A DNA stretch of 64,000 bases from a virus. Taxonomy: Duplodnaviria > Caudoviricetes. The DNA is taken from the IMG/VR virus record IMGVR_UViG_3300035208_002115; one strand, written 5' to 3'. A program made the position numbers and the translations under genes. How positions within the stretch are numbered: the first letter of the stretch is position 1; each line of letters starts with the position of its first letter. The notes beneath the pieces were generated by a model. The model had not been told where the DNA came from and searched no databases. It saw only the letters and a list, made by a program, of their open reading frames with translations. Of this stretch, positions 61,638 to 64,000 are shown one piece after another.

Positions 61638-62000
61638 TTATTTTTTAGAACGCCATGAGATATGATATATCCCCATTTGTTCTTCAAGCTCTTGAATCGT
61701 CCTCTTTACAACATGACTTAATAACAATTCATCTGGTGTATAATTAGACAATTGTTCAAGATATTTTATATTTAAACGTTCCAGTGACTGATGACACCTA
61801 ATTGAAATATCTATATCATCAATATTTATAACACCATTCTTTGTTTTTTCATCAACATAATCCTTCACCCATACATCAAAAATAGGACAATCTTTTTCGA
61901 GGTCTTGTCCAGTGACTTCATATTGTCCCCTTCTATTTCCAGCTTTAAAACATTCTTCCATATCTTCTATGGTGTATTTATACGGTTCTTTTTTAATCAT
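61638..62000 (-). CDS. Protein with an RNA polymerase alpha-CTD-like domain
   Basis: IDDIDISIRCHQSLERLNIKYLEQL...ELL resembles alpha-CTD IxxLxLSVRxxNCLxxxxI. Confidence 0.7.
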   Translation of the reverse strand: MIKKEPYKYTIEDMEECFKAGNRRGQYEVTGQDLEKDCPIFDVWVKDYVDEKTKNGVINIDDIDISIRCHQSLERLNIKYLEQLSNYTPDELLLSHVVKRTIQELEEQMGIYHISWRSKK

Positions 62001-62230
62001 ATCTGTTCAGATTTATATAATTTTTCAGCTATTTCTTTAGCACTATATAATGTTTTGGCTTTCTCAATCCATACTCTATGGATAGACATTAATTGTTCAA
62101 TACGTTGGTCTAATATACCAGTCTTTGCATAATTGGTATCTTTATATACCTTTTTCAATTCTGATATTATTTCTTCATCAAAAGCTATACTTTTTTGATT
62201 TTCTTTGTTGAATTCACTATAAGTTTCCAT
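61997..62230 (-). CDS. Hypothetical protein
   Basis: ORF track. Confidence 0.55.
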   Translation of the reverse strand: METYSEFNKENQKSIAFDEEIISELKKVYKDTNYAKTGILDQRIEQLMSIHRVWIEKAKTLYSAKEIAEKLYKSEQI

Positions 62231-62252
62231 ATAAAAATTTATTTTTTAATTT

Positions 62253-62324
62253 GTACTTCGATAGGTTTCGAACCTGTGACCCTCATATTAAATTTGATGC
62301 ACTATTCAATTAATCTACGGGAGC
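62253..62324 (-). tRNA. Degenerate tRNA, probably a tRNA-Arg(UCU) pseudogene
   Basis: GCTCCCGTAGATTAATTGAATAG...CAGGTTCGAAACCT; T-arm recognisable, acceptor stem mismatched, anticodon loop shortened. Confidence 0.55.
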
Positions 62325-62334
62325 ATGAAAATAA

Positions 62335-63040
62335 CTAAAAAAATTGGCTTTCAAAAATCTCTTTTAATTTTTCAGACCTACTGAGAGTACTATTTATATA
62401 TATTTCTAATAAAATTTTATAAATAGTTCGCTTTATTCTAATTCCAAATTTAAAATTTTTACCTCGTTCTAACCCACCGAACCCGAAATCACCAGAACGA
62501 CCACACACTCTCAATTTATTATGTTTTTGTTTATTACCAACCCAATATATTGGTTTTAAATAAATATTAACAGACAGCATAAAATCATTATATACTATAT
62601 TAGTATTTAAATTCCTTCTTTCAAGTGATAAAAATGATTCCTGAAGTAGTTTACTACAATCTGCTCTTATTATAAGATTGGCAAATTTTCGAGATATATA
62701 TAATGAACCATTCTTATAGAAAATATCATCATTTTCGAATATTTCATTACTATTAAACTTCAAATTATTTAATCTTTCGACTATCATCTGTTTTAGATAA
62801 AGCTTCTTTTTTAATACTACTTGCACCACCTAACATATCACTCAAAAAAAAATATATATTAGGTATTTTTTTTTCAATTTCTTTTACAGCATCATTTATT
62901 GATGAAAATTCATTTAAGAATGGAATCTCACTCGATTGTGGTTTATTACGTATTTGAGACCATTCAACGACTTTATTGCATAATATTTCTTGTTTTATTC
63001 TAAGATTCCTATGTAATATTATTGTCTTTATAATATTCAT
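62335..63040 (-). CDS. Two hypothetical genes; 62335 ends RSEKLKEIFE
   Basis: ORF track. Confidence 0.6.
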
Positions 63041-63051
63041 TTTTATCGATT

Positions 63052-63999
63052 TTAAATTTCAGGGCAAGGTAGTGATTTATGTTTAGAACTCTTAAATTTT
63101 ATCTCAGGAAAAATATAAGATACTGTTATTTCATGTGTTCCAGATGTTGAACCATATAAATTTGAAATTATAAAATCATAAGAATACCCAACATGAAAAT
63201 TATCCATTCTAAGACCAACCATACCAATTATTGCATCTGGATTAACTTTATTTATATTTTCAAAAATTGGAAAACCTCTATACCAAATACCAAATGTAAT
63301 TGGTTTATATTCCCAATACACACCTAAATCTAATTGATTGTAATTTCCCTGTCGTTTATATAAAAATGTTAAATAATAATAATTTGAATTTTTAAATACG
63401 TTTGGATTAGTAGATAATTTTAAACCTCCAAAAAATTTATATTGTATGGGAAGTCTGGAACTTTCTCGTGCAGTCAACGCATATTCGGGACGTAAAAGAT
63501 GGTCAGTAGACAGACCAGTCCAAAATTTATTACCATATATAATCCAACCTGAAGAAACATCGAAAAACTTAACTGTCGTTATAGGAGTCTCAATTGTACC
63601 ACCCGAATGTGTTTGTATTTGGTCATTGAATATTAATTTAAAAAAATCAACACCTATTTGTGTGTAATTTCCTTGTAACCCGAATGTTGAATAAACATTT
63701 CCACGAATATGTATTCTGTAAGAATATATTATATTTGCAGAATATGTATTATATGTTTCATAACCAGCAGCATCACCAACAAATAAAGCACCAATACCAC
63801 TATTAAATTTATCAAAATATGTATCAAAAGATGCACTGTATGTATTATAATTAACCAGACCCATGTATTGGTTTCGATAATTCATAAAAAGTCGTGGTGC
63901 ATTATCAGTACCAGCAAATGATGGTGATAAATATAATTTATTCGCATAGTACTGTGAGAATTGTGGTTCTTGACAGAATATAGATATATTAATAAAAAA
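63052..63999 (-). CDS. PorP/SprF-family type IX secretion system outer-membrane protein (5' end outside the window)
   Basis: The frame is open upstream of 63885: QEPQFSQYY..LYLSPSFAG...NYRNQ; also GIWYRG, VGYSYD, GTHEI. Confidence 0.88.
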   Translation of the reverse strand, partial: FFINISIFCQEPQFSQYYANKLYLSPSFAGTDNAPRLFMNYRNQYMGLVNYNTYSASFDTYFDKFNSGIGALFVGDAAGYETYNTYSANIIYSYRIHIRGNVYSTFGLQGNYTQIGVDFFKLIFNDQIQTHSGGTIETPITTVKFFDVSSGWIIYGNKFWTGLSTDHLLRPEYALTARESSRLPIQYKFFGGLKLSTNPNVFKNSNYYYLTFLYKRQGNYNQLDLGVYWEYKPITFGIWYRGFPIFENINKVNPDAIIGMVGLRMDNFHVGYSYDFIISNLYGSTSGTHEITVSYIFPEIKFKSSKHKSLPCPEI

Positions 64000-64000
64000 T

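Noticed and set aside
62253-62324. Possible ochre (UUA) suppressor tRNA explaining the TAA at 54400
   Set aside because: The acceptor stem is broken, the loop is better explained as a 2-nt deletion from Arg(UCU), and TAA is the main stop codon in the window.
1-64000. Alternative genetic code (stop-codon recoding)
   Set aside because: Long core genes are intact in the standard code, and TAA, TAG and TGA all end genes at sensible positions.

Overview
This is a very AT-rich 64-kb segment of a large T4-like (myovirus/jumbo-type) phage genome. The host is most likely in the Bacteroidota: TAnnTTTG promoters precede the accessory operons, and the phage carries a PorP/SprF T9SS gene, a SiaB-like kinase and a DUF6576 domain. 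The left part holds a minus-strand head module (gp23 major capsid, gp21 protease fused to a repeat-rich scaffold, gp20 portal, gp2-like, gp4, GIY-YIG endonuclease, gp55-like late sigma). A tail module (gp18 sheath, gp19 tube, gp26/gp51-like) lies about 35 kb away. Between and around them are more than 90 accessory genes, including Hsp20, ClpS, a DUF2779 nuclease, a phosphoesterase, a nucleotidyltransferase, a receiver domain, an ADP-ribosyltransferase, an M23 peptidase, two ECF sigmas, a PolA-like protein, NUDIX, GT47, an RNAP alpha-CTD-like protein and a decayed tRNA. Three unexplained patterns stand out. (1) About 30 otherwise unrelated small ORFs end in the same motif R-x-x-K-[LI]-x-x-[IL]-[FL]. 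(2) Several of these tagged mini-ORFs, in overlapping cassette arrays, are patchworks of short signature motifs of core phage proteins (capsid, scaffold, prohead protease, PolB, SF2 helicase, SSB), and two untagged ORFs carry portal fragments; this is a candidate decoy/mimic-peptide system. (3) A second set of genes starts with a T4 capsid-targeting-like N-terminal peptide and is mostly preceded by an AATATATA late-promoter-like motif. All homology calls are by eye from recalled motifs; no searches were run.
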